Of a stretch of 64,000 nt of DNA, positions 1 to 10,043 are shown piece by piece; position 1 is the first letter of the stretch; every line of letters starts with the position of its first letter. A model generated the notes under the pieces. It was not told where the DNA came from and searched no databases. It was given only the letters and a program-made list of their open reading frames with translations. The position numbers were made by a program, and so were the translations under genes. The DNA is from an uncultured Phycisphaerales bacterium (GTDB taxonomy: Bacteria; Planctomycetota; Phycisphaerae; Sedimentisphaerales; Anaerobacaceae), in assembly GCA_963772725.1 (NCBI GenBank), contig CAVYYI010000003.1, positions 576,001-640,000 of the forward strand, given 5' to 3'.

Positions 1-819
1 AAGTTCAGCTTCTATGGTATTTCCGTTTCGTTCAACCATAAACTGTTCGCCGCCTGTATGCTCGTTGTATGTATCCCTGCTGCTCGTATAAAATGAAAAC
101 ATCCCCTGTGTGCCGCGTAAATCCGGAACGCACATGCCGGAAAGCTGAACGCCATAAAATTTTTCGGGCGGAAACGTCAGCGGAACGCGGATAACATTGC
201 TGAAAATACCGTGTTCGCCGAGGGTAATCCAGAAGGGTTTACCTTTTCGCAGCAGGCGAACATCGGGCTTTGATAACGCGAATCTGTATCTGCCCAGCGT
301 TATTGTCCTGCTGGGACCTTTTATATCGACGCTGCTGAGTTTCGGCAGATATGAGTTTTTGTCCCGTGTCAGAAAATCGAAAATATTGTGCTTGCCGGGA
401 TTTACACCAGTCTGAAATGACGACCACGCCACCGGTGAAATGGATGGAATCGTGGTTTCCAGCGGTTTGAAACAGCCCTGCTCGCGCAGTTTGGCCAGAT
501 TCGGAAGTTTGCCCTCAGCGAGGAATTTTTCCGTCAGGGCGTAATCCATACCGTCAAGGCCGAGTATTACGATTTTTTTCACCTTGCTGCGGGCAAACGC
601 GTGTCTGTGCCGAATCGCCCGGATGATATAACGCGCAGGCCAGGTGAATAACGCCAGTACCGCTGAAAAAATAGCGGTGAACATAACAAGGAATGACCCC
701 ATCACCGCGAATCCTGCCCCCGGGCCTATGTATGCGTGAGCCTTGGCGGGAACAATCAGGAAAAAAAGACACACCAGGAACAAGCACTTAACAAGTTTTT
801 TCCGTTGTCCTGCACGCAT
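1..819 (-). CDS. Alkaline phosphatase superfamily protein (type I phosphodiesterase/nucleotide pyrophosphatase), runs off the window edge
   Basis: Not in the ORF track. Manual minus-strand translation from ATG 819 gives AHAYIGPGAGF...KIVILGLDGMDY...GKLPNL...TTIPSISPVAWSSFQTGVNPGKHNIFDF, the motifs typical of this family. Confidence 0.85.
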   Translation of the reverse strand, partial: MRAGQRKKLVKCLFLVCLFFLIVPAKAHAYIGPGAGFAVMGSFLVMFTAIFSAVLALFTWPARYIIRAIRHRHAFARSKVKKIVILGLDGMDYALTEKFLAEGKLPNLAKLREQGCFKPLETTIPSISPVAWSSFQTGVNPGKHNIFDFLTRDKNSYLPKLSSVDIKGPSRTITLGRYRFALSKPDVRLLRKGKPFWITLGEHGIFSNVIRVPLTFPPEKFYGVQLSGMCVPDLRGTQGMFSFYTSSRDTYNEHTGGEQFMVERNGNTIEAEL

Positions 820-1345
820 TTTCTTTGTAATTGACGCGAGATTGCGCTACTTTTTTCAATTCTTTAAGTTTGTCCTGAAGCCGTTTATAAACGTTTGGCG
901 GGATAAGATTGGAAACGTCGCCGCCCAGCGCAGCAACTTCACGAATCAGCGTCGAGCTTGTAAAGCCGTACTCGGCGCTGGTCATAATAAAGACCGTCTC
1001 TATGCCCGCGACTGCCCTGTTCGTCATAGCGAGCTGAAATTCATACTGAACATCGGTAAGACTTCGCATCCCGCGGAGAATCACGTCAGCCTTTTTCTGC
1101 TTTGCGTATTCGACCATCAGGCCGTCGAAACCTTCGACTGACACTCGCGGCATATCCGCTACCAGCTCTTTTATCATCTCTACGCGTTCCTTTGGTGTAA
1201 AAAGCGGGTTTTTAATCGGACTTCTGCCTACGGCGACGACGAGTTCGTCGAAAATCGCTACGCCGCGATGAATAACGTCCAGATGACCGTTTGTAATCGG
1301 GTCGAAAGAGCCTGGAAATATCGCCCTGACAAATTTTTTCTTCAT
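788..1345 (-). CDS. coaD: Pantetheine-phosphate adenylyltransferase
   Basis: AIFPGSFDPITNGHLD (TxGH motif), ILRGMR, SSTLIREVA. Confidence 0.95.
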   Translation of the reverse strand: MKKKFVRAIFPGSFDPITNGHLDVIHRGVAIFDELVVAVGRSPIKNPLFTPKERVEMIKELVADMPRVSVEGFDGLMVEYAKQKKADVILRGMRSLTDVQYEFQLAMTNRAVAGIETVFIMTSAEYGFTSSTLIREVAALGGDVSNLIPPNVYKRLQDKLKELKKVAQSRVNYKENACRTTEKTC

Positions 1346-1525
1346 TATTCAGCCTTTCCGCACATTATTATAACTATATCCCCCGCAAACGTCAATTGAG
1401 TATCGTTTAGTTTAGTCTCCACCCGCCTACCACCGTCGGGTCGATTAGTCCTGCTGCCTGTTTACTAACGACTATCGACTAACTACTTAACGACTCATAA
1501 TGCCGCTGGACAAATCCGAAATGGG

Positions 1526-2161
1526 GTGGATTATGATTTAGTTAAAAATCAAAGTCGGATTCGAGTATTTATGGTCCGAGGGCCGATCAGGATTTTCAGG
1601 AAAAACCAGATTCCTTATTTGAGATGGATGTTTGAAGACAGAGGTGATATTCCCAGGCCTGATGGAGAAATACCGCTTTTGTTTATAAGTATATTATTGG
1701 CGGTTATATTTTTTAGCATATTGATATTCTACCGGGAGTATCTGAGAATCTTTTGGATATTTGCTTTAGGGGTGGGGATAATATCGGCAGCAGTCGGAGT
1801 ATTTTTGGGGAGCATTGGAGAAAGTGCGTTTTATAATCTGGATTCGGGCGATGGATATATGGCTTCGTGGGTTGGGAGTATCTGGGGTTTTGTGATGGGT
1901 GCTGCTTTTGTGGGTATAATCGGGAAAATATATAAAAAGTATAATAGCAGGGTCAGTATGGCTGGGTATGCAACTGACATAGGAGCAATAACGGGAGTAG
2001 TCGCTTCTTCGATTATTCATGGTTATTTGATGATAGCTTACGAAGAAAAGAGTTTTGTTTATATGGCAGCGGGGTCTTGTTTTGGCATAGTAGTGGGTAT
2101 ATTGATTGGGTGGATCAGCAGCGGGATTATAAGATTTTATAAAATAAAAATTGCGGGATGA
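1526..2161 (+). CDS. Hypothetical multi-pass membrane protein (true start may be about 1627)
   Basis: Several Gly-rich hydrophobic segments; no recognised motif. Confidence 0.6.
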   Translation: MDYDLVKNQSRIRVFMVRGPIRIFRKNQIPYLRWMFEDRGDIPRPDGEIPLLFISILLAVIFFSILIFYREYLRIFWIFALGVGIISAAVGVFLGSIGESAFYNLDSGDGYMASWVGSIWGFVMGAAFVGIIGKIYKKYNSRVSMAGYATDIGAITGVVASSIIHGYLMIAYEEKSFVYMAAGSCFGIVVGILIGWISSGIIRFYKIKIAG

Positions 2162-2242
2162 ATAGACAATACCTTGCCAGCAGGAGGCGTTTAGTAAGAG
2201 ACCACGGCCATAAGTGCCGCGGCTAATCAACTTCAATGAAAA

Positions 2243-3907
2243 TTACATTCTTTTGTAACGTGGGCCGCCGGTGCCTTCGGGGGCGGTCCAGCGGATGTTG
2301 TCGAAGGGACATTTTCTCTGGCAGGTCTTGCAGTGTACGCAGTTGGATGGATTGGCGGGCTTAACTTTTCCGCTGACGGTTTCATAGACGCCTGCGGGAC
2401 AAAACGTGATGCAGGGGCGGTTGAATTTTGGGCCGCATTTCTGGACGCAGGTATTGGTGTTAATAATCGAGAGGTGGCTTGGTTGTTCCTCGCGGTGCTG
2501 GGTTGCGGCCAGGGCGGTAAAGGTGTCTTTATCGTACTGCTGTTTCGGTTTAAGGCGGTATCGGCGGACGGTCATTGCCTGGTAATCTTTTTCAATGGTG
2601 AATTTTGGCAGCAGTTCACCGAGAACAGACAGCGGAAAGCCTATGAGCATGCCGAATTTGGCTACGGTTTGCCTGTAATTGCGAGCGGACTTCATTTCTT
2701 TGCCGGTATTCGACTGTTCGAACATTTCGGTATATTTTTCGGCGGCCTTGGCGGGGTTGCCTATCGAGGAGGCGATGGCTTTTGCGGCCATAATGCCGGA
2801 ATTAATCGCGTTGTTTAGGCCTTTAATTTTGTGCATATTAACCAGGCCTGCGCTGTCGCCGAGAATTAGGCAGTTTGCTTTACCGATGGAGCCGGTTTGG
2901 GCATCGCGAGGAATTGCGTGGTAGCCGCCTTCTGGAATCATTTTGGCACCGGCCTCAATGACGGTGCCGCCCTCAATGAACTGTTTTACGAATGAGTGTT
3001 CCTTGAATTTTGTCAAGGCGTCTTCGGGATTGAAATCGTAATATTTCCAGTCTGCCCCGACAATCATACCAACGGCGATAAGGTCCTGCGAGAGGGGGTA
3101 CATAATTCCGCCGCCAAAAATCCCCGGGCCAACCAGTGGGGTCCAGATGGGGTAGCCCATAGCGTGAACGACTCTATCTGCGCCGAATTTGGCATATTGT
3201 TCGGGAGCAACCTTGATAATTTCCTTGATGCCTACTGAGAAAAGCTGCGGGTGCCGCCTGTGGAGTTTGGCTTTTTCGATGAGTTTTTCGGTGAGCAGGC
3301 CGTCACAGCCCTCCGCGAGGATTACAAAATCGGCGTTAATAATTTCGCCATGGACGAAGTTGGGCTGTTTGTGTCCCTCCTTATCAAGACCCTGGTCAAC
3401 GAGTTTTAGGCCGGTAACTTTGCCGGTGCTGTCGAGGATTATATCATCGGCGGCAAAACCTGTGAGGACTTCGACACCGCTCTGCCTGGCAATCTGGCCG
3501 AGCCATGCGGTGAGTTTGCTGATAGAGACGACGTAATCGCCCCGGTGAACCATTTTGCCGAATCCGATACCGAATTTGGAAGCCATCCTGATTGCATAAA
3601 AGACGTTAAAAGCGCATTTTTTGCCGAGCAGGAACATTATGCTGTCTTTGGCAACCTTTTTTGAGAGTATATCTTTGGCAGGCTCTGTATCCTTCCACGC
3701 CGGCAGGGTAGCATCGAGCAGGGTATGCAGGGCGTCAGGTTCGAGAACCGCGCCGGAAAGATTGTGATTTCCCAGGTCGGCGGCTTTTTCGATAACGCAG
3801 ATATCCAACTGGGGTCTCTGGATTTTCAATTGAATAGCGGCGGCAAGGCCGGCGGGGCCTGCGCCGGCTATTAATACGGATACTTTACGATAGTCATTAT
3901 TCTGCAC
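2243..3907 (-). CDS. ETF:quinone oxidoreductase (FixC-like flavoprotein with C-terminal FixX-like 4Fe-4S domain)
   Basis: GAGPAGLAAA FAD motif, LSGAV, IPEGG, GDSAG, C-terminal CPAGVYE...NCVHCKTC...CP. Confidence 0.92.
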   Translation of the reverse strand: MQNNDYRKVSVLIAGAGPAGLAAAIQLKIQRPQLDICVIEKAADLGNHNLSGAVLEPDALHTLLDATLPAWKDTEPAKDILSKKVAKDSIMFLLGKKCAFNVFYAIRMASKFGIGFGKMVHRGDYVVSISKLTAWLGQIARQSGVEVLTGFAADDIILDSTGKVTGLKLVDQGLDKEGHKQPNFVHGEIINADFVILAEGCDGLLTEKLIEKAKLHRRHPQLFSVGIKEIIKVAPEQYAKFGADRVVHAMGYPIWTPLVGPGIFGGGIMYPLSQDLIAVGMIVGADWKYYDFNPEDALTKFKEHSFVKQFIEGGTVIEAGAKMIPEGGYHAIPRDAQTGSIGKANCLILGDSAGLVNMHKIKGLNNAINSGIMAAKAIASSIGNPAKAAEKYTEMFEQSNTGKEMKSARNYRQTVAKFGMLIGFPLSVLGELLPKFTIEKDYQAMTVRRYRLKPKQQYDKDTFTALAATQHREEQPSHLSIINTNTCVQKCGPKFNRPCITFCPAGVYETVSGKVKPANPSNCVHCKTCQRKCPFDNIRWTAPEGTGGPRYKRM

Positions 3908-3920
3908 GTTTTTACTCCAG

Positions 3921-6002
3921 TTATAAAGCCTGAACCAGTTGAGGTACTATTTCTTCGACATTTCCAATGATATAGTAATCGCATTGTCTGAATATTGGTG
4001 CGTTCGGGTCGCTGTTTACGGCGATAATCGTTTCGCTGTTTGCCACGCCAATCATGTGCTGGATTGCGCCAGAGATACCGAGAGCCACATAAATTTTGGG
4101 ACCGACGGCGGTTCCGGTCTGCCCGACTTGGTGTATCCGTTCAGCAAACCCTTGTTCGACGGCGGTTCGCGAGGCACCTTTTTCAACCGAGGCGCTGAAC
4201 GTTTCGGCGAGTCTTGAGCAGAGCGAGCCGAGCAGTTTTTCGTAGTTGTCGCGGTTCTGCATTCCTTTACCCCCGCTAACGATTATATCGGCAGAGAAAT
4301 TGACCGAACCCGTGCCGAGTTCTGTATTTATAATTTCAAGACTTATATCGTCGGGTGAAAGCGGTACGCTGTGCCTGATTATCTGGCCTGTTCTTGAATA
4401 ATCGGGATCCAGCCTTTTCATAACACCGGGCCTTGCGGTTGCCATCTGGGAATTCGAATCCTTGGTGGAGATAGTTGCCATGACGTTTCCGCCCAGTGCC
4501 GGTCTTGTCTGCATAAGAATCGCGATTTGATTTTTTCGCGAACTGTCCCTGATGTCGAGCGAGGTGCAATCGGCGGTAAGGCCGCAACCGACCCTGTATG
4601 AGACCATCGGGGCGAGCATTCTGCCCTGTGGGGTCGCGCCGAACAGGACAATCTGAGGCCGATATTTGGTTACGCAGTCAGCAACGGCTTTTCTATACGC
4701 CGCAGGGTCGAACGTATCGAGGATTTTATCGTTAATGAGATAGACGTTGTCGGCGCCGGCGGCGATGAGTTCTTTCGCGGCAGATTCAACGTTGAATCCC
4801 GCCAGACAAACGCCGGCTTTTGTTTCGAGTGAGTCGGCCAGTTCGCGTGCCTTACCGATAAGTTCGAAGGTCGCGGGGTGAATCTGACCGCCGGTGTGTT
4901 CGGCGACGACCCAGACTTCGCCTTTATAGGTCGGTTCTGAGAGTTTCAGGCCGTTGAGCATATCATCGAGGGCGTTTTTGTGAAAATGTTTGCCTGCGGA
5001 GGCGACGATTTTTTCTTTGGCAGTTTCGTCAATGTGGCTGATGTCGGTGATATTGAGGTTTTTCAGTATGTCGGCTAAAATTTTGAAATCCTCGGATTCC
5101 TTTTGTGTTCCCTCGAAATTTCTGTCGAATTTGCCGTTTCTTTTGTTCGGCAGAACGTAGCGGTGATTTTGACCGGCAGCGGAATCGGCAGCACTGTTGT
5201 GACGGAAACTTTCGGCGAGGAGCGCAGCCAGCGATTTGACATCGGTAACGTGCTGGCATTTTCTGGAACTTTTGCCGGGTGGGAAGACGCGAATAACGCG
5301 GGTCTTTGAGCCTTTGACGCCGATATGAGTCGCATTAATGTCGGCACTGCCCCAGCGGATGACTTGAATCTTATTTGCCCGCCTTGTGGCGGCGAAAGTG
5401 GAAAACAGGGGATATTCGTATTTTGCGACGGTAATGACGGCGGGTGGATTTTTCAGGGCGACAGTCTGGCTGCCTCCGCTGATGATACGGGTAAATTCAA
5501 AGCGGCGGCTGTGAAATTCGGCTTTGGTAGCGTAAGCGATGCAGGGCAGGTTCAGCTCTTCGGCAATCTGTGGCGGAACCTGCGCGGTGTCGCCGTCGAC
5601 GGACTGCATGCCGCTTATAATATAATAATCGTTGCTGCCGTTGAAGATTTCTTTGACTATTCTTCTTATCGCAAAAGCCAGGGGATTAGCGGTAGCCCAG
5701 GTGTCGGCGCCGCCCAGAGCGGCGTCGGTGAGCAGGACAGCTGAATCGGCGCACCTGCTGAGGCTGTATCGCAGGACTTCGGCGGCCATAGGCGGACCCA
5801 TCGTAAGGGCGATGATTTTGGCCGTATCGTCGCCGCTGATTTTTTTCATCATATTGGCAAAGGCTAGCGCCTGCGTATCCAGCTCATTGATTACACTTGC
5901 CAGGCGGCTGCGGATAAGCGTGCCGCTTTCGGGGTCGAAGGCGTTGTCGGTGATTTGCGTTACGTCAGGTACCTGTTTAACCAAAACTATGTAGTTGCTC
6001 AT
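3921..6002 (-). CDS. Electron transfer flavoprotein beta-alpha fusion
   Basis: N-half VKQVPD, MGPP, ADTWATA, DGDTAQV (EtfB); C-half GLTADCT, TRPALGGN, MATARPG, SGGKG, QVGQTG, GISGAIQH (EtfA). Confidence 0.92.
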   Translation of the reverse strand: MSNYIVLVKQVPDVTQITDNAFDPESGTLIRSRLASVINELDTQALAFANMMKKISGDDTAKIIALTMGPPMAAEVLRYSLSRCADSAVLLTDAALGGADTWATANPLAFAIRRIVKEIFNGSNDYYIISGMQSVDGDTAQVPPQIAEELNLPCIAYATKAEFHSRRFEFTRIISGGSQTVALKNPPAVITVAKYEYPLFSTFAATRRANKIQVIRWGSADINATHIGVKGSKTRVIRVFPPGKSSRKCQHVTDVKSLAALLAESFRHNSAADSAAGQNHRYVLPNKRNGKFDRNFEGTQKESEDFKILADILKNLNITDISHIDETAKEKIVASAGKHFHKNALDDMLNGLKLSEPTYKGEVWVVAEHTGGQIHPATFELIGKARELADSLETKAGVCLAGFNVESAAKELIAAGADNVYLINDKILDTFDPAAYRKAVADCVTKYRPQIVLFGATPQGRMLAPMVSYRVGCGLTADCTSLDIRDSSRKNQIAILMQTRPALGGNVMATISTKDSNSQMATARPGVMKRLDPDYSRTGQIIRHSVPLSPDDISLEIINTELGTGSVNFSADIIVSGGKGMQNRDNYEKLLGSLCSRLAETFSASVEKGASRTAVEQGFAERIHQVGQTGTAVGPKIYVALGISGAIQHMIGVANSETIIAVNSDPNAPIFRQCDYYIIGNVEEIVPQLVQAL

Positions 6003-6256
6003 GAAAACTCTTTTCCCAAAACATCAAAACTCTTGCGTATTGTGAAGAATTTTTATAATCTTACCTATTATCGTTTTGATTTTTATAAATATCTATAAAA
6101 AAATTGCGTTTTTCTTGTCTTATCGTGCTAATAATTAATCTGAATTGGTCTTTAATACAAGAAAATTGCCTTGGGACTTGCTAATTAAATTGAAATTTTG
6201 TCTAATATGACAGATAGTTTTTAACAGGTTAAAACTTTTTTATCGAGGACAAGCGT

Positions 6257-6883
6257 ATGGCAGACTTAAAAGCATTGGCAGAAGCGATTATTAAAGGCGA
6301 CCAGAACTCGGCGGTGAAAATTACCCGCGATGCACTTGGCGAAAAAATTGCTCCGAGAAGTATTCTCAACGAGGGCCTGATTGCCGGTATGGATGTCATA
6401 GGTGACAGATTCAAGAAGAACGAGGTGTATATACCGGAAGTTCTTATCGCCGCCAGGGCGATGAAGTCGGCTATGGAGATTCTCGAACCGGAACTTGTCA
6501 AGGCCGGTGTCAAGCCGATAGGTAAATTCCTGATTGGTACGGTACAGGGCGATCTGCACGATATCGGCAAAAACCTTGTGGCGATGATGATGAAAGGCGC
6601 GGGCTTTGAGGTCATAGATTTAGGCGTGGATATATCGGCGGAGAAATTCGTTGAACGCGCCAAAACGACAGGTGTTCAGTTGATTGGAATGAGCGCACTT
6701 CTGACGACGACAATGCCCTCTATGGAAAAAACCATAAAGGCGCTTAAAGATGCTGGAGTAAAAGCGAAAGTGATGATTGGTGGGGCACCGGTAACGCAGG
6801 GCTACGCCGATAAAATCGGCGCGGACGGTTATTCCGCGGACGCCGCTTCGGCGGTCGATTTGGCTAAAAAGCTTGTTGCCTAA
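6257..6883 (+). CDS. Corrinoid (cobalamin-binding) protein, MtbC/MttC-like
   Basis: GDLHDIGKNLV, DLGVD, SALLTTT and IGGAP B12-binding motifs with an N-terminal cap domain. Confidence 0.93.
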   Translation: MADLKALAEAIIKGDQNSAVKITRDALGEKIAPRSILNEGLIAGMDVIGDRFKKNEVYIPEVLIAARAMKSAMEILEPELVKAGVKPIGKFLIGTVQGDLHDIGKNLVAMMMKGAGFEVIDLGVDISAEKFVERAKTTGVQLIGMSALLTTTMPSMEKTIKALKDAGVKAKVMIGGAPVTQGYADKIGADGYSADAASAVDLAKKLVA

Positions 6884-6909
6884 CCTGTCCCCTTAAACGC
6901 AGGTTAATT

Positions 6910-7947
6910 ATGAGCAGTATTCGAGAAAAGCTTATGGCGTCACTTGCCGGAGAGCCGGTAAAGTGCCCTGTATATGTGGTCTATGACCTGTTTGTCAATC
7001 GATGGAAGCTGGATTGGGACAGACTTTGGTCGCTTGGGCTTGGCCGGATAAATCACGCCTCTTTGCTGGATTATGAATTTCCGCATCTGGAAATCCAGGA
7101 GAAAAAAATCGAGAAAGAAGGACATATTCATCGCGATGTACGGTGGATTACCGATAGGGGTGAGCTTCATGAGTGGTATATCGATTTCTGGCGGCAGGAA
7201 TATTTTGTCAAAAAGCCGCAGGATTATTTGATTCTGGCACGAGCTTTTTCAGACGTTAAAGTCAAACCTGTAAATAAATATTATGAAGAGTCTGAAGCTT
7301 TGCTGGGTGATAAGGGGATTACCTTTGGCCAGTTGGGCGATATTCCAGCCAAAAGCCGCAGTCCTTTTCAGCGTGTCCAGGTGGATTTTGCCGGCCTAGA
7401 GCAGTTCTCTATTGATGTTGCAATGGAACAGCCGGAATTAATGGAGCTTCTGGATGTCTTGACAGCCTTTAAACTGGAAGAATTTCGGCAGGCCGTAAAA
7501 ACCAAAGCGCCGATTATCAAACTCTGGGAAAATCTCAGCATTGATACTATGGGGCCACGGCTATTCCGCAAACACCTCGTGTCCTTCTACGAAAAAGTTT
7601 TTGAAATTCTTAAAGGTTCCGACAAGAAAATTGTAACGCATTATGACGGCAAGCTAAAATGTATTGCGGAAGATATAGCATCGCTCCAGATTGATGGAAT
7701 CGATTCTTTGACGCCGCCGCCGGAAGGCAATATGACTATCGCGGAAGCCCGGCAGGCCTGGCCGAAAAAGTTCTTCTGGCTGCATCCAACTTTAAGCTGG
7801 TTTGGTCTTGGCCTGGAAGAATTGAAGGCGAATATACGGCAGATGGTTCGGGACGCCGGCCCAACCCGTTTTTGTCTCGAAATCAGCGAGGATTGCCCGC
7901 CGAATTGGCAGGAGACAATCCCAGCGGTATTAGAGGCTCTGGGATAG
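6910..7947 (+). CDS. Uroporphyrinogen decarboxylase / MtaA-CmuA superfamily protein (putative corrinoid-linked methyltransferase)
   Basis: MGPRLFRK, HYDGKL, DGIDSLTPPPEGN motifs; co-oriented directly after the corrinoid protein. Confidence 0.7.
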   Translation: MSSIREKLMASLAGEPVKCPVYVVYDLFVNRWKLDWDRLWSLGLGRINHASLLDYEFPHLEIQEKKIEKEGHIHRDVRWITDRGELHEWYIDFWRQEYFVKKPQDYLILARAFSDVKVKPVNKYYEESEALLGDKGITFGQLGDIPAKSRSPFQRVQVDFAGLEQFSIDVAMEQPELMELLDVLTAFKLEEFRQAVKTKAPIIKLWENLSIDTMGPRLFRKHLVSFYEKVFEILKGSDKKIVTHYDGKLKCIAEDIASLQIDGIDSLTPPPEGNMTIAEARQAWPKKFFWLHPTLSWFGLGLEELKANIRQMVRDAGPTRFCLEISEDCPPNWQETIPAVLEALG

Positions 7948-8022
7948 CAGCCATCGGCAGCTACTCAAAACTGCACCGACCATTGTTTTTTTGGAAAACA
8001 CAGAGTAGTAGAAAATCTTAAG

Positions 8023-8058
8023 AAACAGTCCTGAGGTAAACCTCAAGGCTGTTTTTTT
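8023..8058 (+). terminator. Intrinsic terminator
   Basis: AAACAGTCCTGAGG-TAAA-CCTCAAGGCTGTTT followed by a T-run. Confidence 0.7.
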
Positions 8059-8128
8059 ATTTTTAATCTGTTAAAATAGGGGGAAAAGACGACCGCTCCA
8101 TTACTGTTGCGGTTCTGCGACAGCTTAT

Positions 8129-9841
8129 ATGGCGGCGGTTGAGGTAATTATGCGGCGGATAAAAAACAAAAATCTTGCGCAATTGCTGACGGAACTTCGT
8201 TTTACGCCTCAAAGGCAAAGGCGAAAGCAGCTCAACCGCGCGGAAAAACTTCTGGCCGAAATTGATAAGGACAAGGAATATCCATTTGATTTTGTGTTCT
8301 ATCGCATAACTGGTTTCCAATCGAAAGGGCTTTCGGAGCTGCACGGAGTAAAAGGCTACGAGCTCACGGACGACCTTGCTATATTTATTGCCCGATTGAG
8401 CAATCAGGCCGCCCCGCATATTAAGGAGCAGGGGCAGAAAGTTTATTCGGTTGATGAGCTGGCGGAATTTCTGGACGTATCGACAAAGACGATACATCGC
8501 TGGCGAAAACGGGGGCTTGTGGCGAGGAAATTTATTTTTGAGGATGGGGAAAATCGAATCGGCTTTTTGGAATCGAGCGTTAAGCAGTTTCTTGATGCCA
8601 ACGGAACGATTATTGCGAAAGCAAAAAAGTTTGCCAGGCTTACGAATAAAGAAAAGCAGCAGATTATTAAAGAGGCAGCCAAACTCGCGGTAAATGGGCA
8701 GATGTCCCCTCACCAGATAATTGTGCACCTCGCGTTAAAGACGGCAAGAGCTGTTGAAACCGTCAGGTATGTAATTATGGGCTATGAAAAGGCGCATCCC
8801 GACAAACCTGTTTTCGGCGGGTACAGGGGAGTAATCAGCCCGTCGCAGAGCGGCGAGATTTATAAATTGTATAGGCAGGGTGTCAAAATAAAAGACCTTA
8901 CAGGCAGGTTCAACCGCAACGCAAGCTCTATACACCGGATTATAAATCAGCACAGGGCGAAAAATCTTTTTGCCAGGAAAATCGAGTTTATCGTAAGCAA
9001 GGAGTTTGGCGAGCAAGGTGCGGCGGGGAAAATTATTGCTGAGCCTTTCGGCGTGACGGCGCAGGCGGAGCTTAAGAGTGATGAGTTATTGAGACCTATG
9101 GGCGGTTCGCTGACAACGTATTTACAGGCATTGAAAAATCTAAAGCCGCTGGACAGGGAACGCGAGATAAGATTATTCAGGAGGTATAATTATTTAAAAT
9201 ATGCGGCGTCCACTCTGCGGGCAGAAATAAAACTTTCGCTTGCTTCGGGCACCAAACTCGGCAGGATTGAAAAATACCTCGCCGAAGCGGAAGCAGTCAA
9301 GAAAGTCATTATCGAGGCAAACCTTCGTCTGGTTGTAAGCATAGCCGGCAGGCATACCGCCAAAGGGGCCAACCTGGCGGACCTTATCAGCGAGGGCAAT
9401 TTTTCGCTGATGCGTGCCGTCGAAAAATTCGATTATACCAGAGGATTTCGTTTCGGGACTTATGCCTCTTTGGCGATAGCCAAGGATTTTGCCCGCAGGA
9501 TACCCGCCGAAAGCGCAAGGCCTGATAAATCATCGGCGGCATCGCTGGACAATGTCTCGCACAATTTCAGGGACACCGAGGCGGTGGGTGTGGCTGCTAT
9601 CGAAAGAACCCGAAAAAGCCTTATACAGAGCATCAGGAATAATCTTGATCAGCGGGAGCAGTTTATAATTCTGAATCATTTCGGGCTGGCGGACACACCT
9701 GTCAAAGATAAAAAAACTCTCGAGCAAATCGGGCTGGAACTCAACTTGACCAAGGAAAGGGTGCGGCAGATTGAGCTTCTCGCCCTGCAGAAACTCCGCC
9801 AATCGTTGAGCATCGAGGAGTTTGAACTGCTGACAGGTTAG
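8129..9841 (+). CDS. Sigma-70 family RNA polymerase sigma factor with long N-terminal multi-HTH extension
   Basis: ANLRLVVSIA, DLISEGN, AVEKFDYTRGFRFGTYA, TLEQIG...TKERVRQIE; N-terminal excisionase/MerR-like HTH (YSVDELAEFLDVSTKTIHRWR). Confidence 0.9.
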   Translation: MAAVEVIMRRIKNKNLAQLLTELRFTPQRQRRKQLNRAEKLLAEIDKDKEYPFDFVFYRITGFQSKGLSELHGVKGYELTDDLAIFIARLSNQAAPHIKEQGQKVYSVDELAEFLDVSTKTIHRWRKRGLVARKFIFEDGENRIGFLESSVKQFLDANGTIIAKAKKFARLTNKEKQQIIKEAAKLAVNGQMSPHQIIVHLALKTARAVETVRYVIMGYEKAHPDKPVFGGYRGVISPSQSGEIYKLYRQGVKIKDLTGRFNRNASSIHRIINQHRAKNLFARKIEFIVSKEFGEQGAAGKIIAEPFGVTAQAELKSDELLRPMGGSLTTYLQALKNLKPLDREREIRLFRRYNYLKYAASTLRAEIKLSLASGTKLGRIEKYLAEAEAVKKVIIEANLRLVVSIAGRHTAKGANLADLISEGNFSLMRAVEKFDYTRGFRFGTYASLAIAKDFARRIPAESARPDKSSAASLDNVSHNFRDTEAVGVAAIERTRKSLIQSIRNNLDQREQFIILNHFGLADTPVKDKKTLEQIGLELNLTKERVRQIELLALQKLRQSLSIEEFELLTG

Positions 9842-9851
9842 CCGGCCTGAA

Positions 9852-10034
9852 TTATTTTGAATCAATTTCGATGCCGGCAGGTTTCAGACCGTCGGCGTCG
9901 CCTTTGTAAAATTTCCAGCCCAAATCGATGTTGGTACTGACTCTCACATCCTTCTGCGATATACTCGCGTCCGCGCAATTGCAGCACCCGCCGACAAAAA
10001 TCCCCAAAAAAACCGCACCGATAATTAATCTCAT
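9852..10034 (-). pseudogene. Short remnant resembling the N-terminus of a secreted glycoside hydrolase family 2 protein
   Basis: Lipoprotein-like signal (FVGGC) followed by NIDLGWKFYKGD, then a stop. Confidence 0.35.
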
Positions 10035-10043
10035 CGTTTTCTC

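Noticed and set aside
1400..1500. Short GACTA/ACTAAC-type repeats upstream of coaD
   Set aside because: Degenerate low-complexity repeats with no consistent unit or associated gene.
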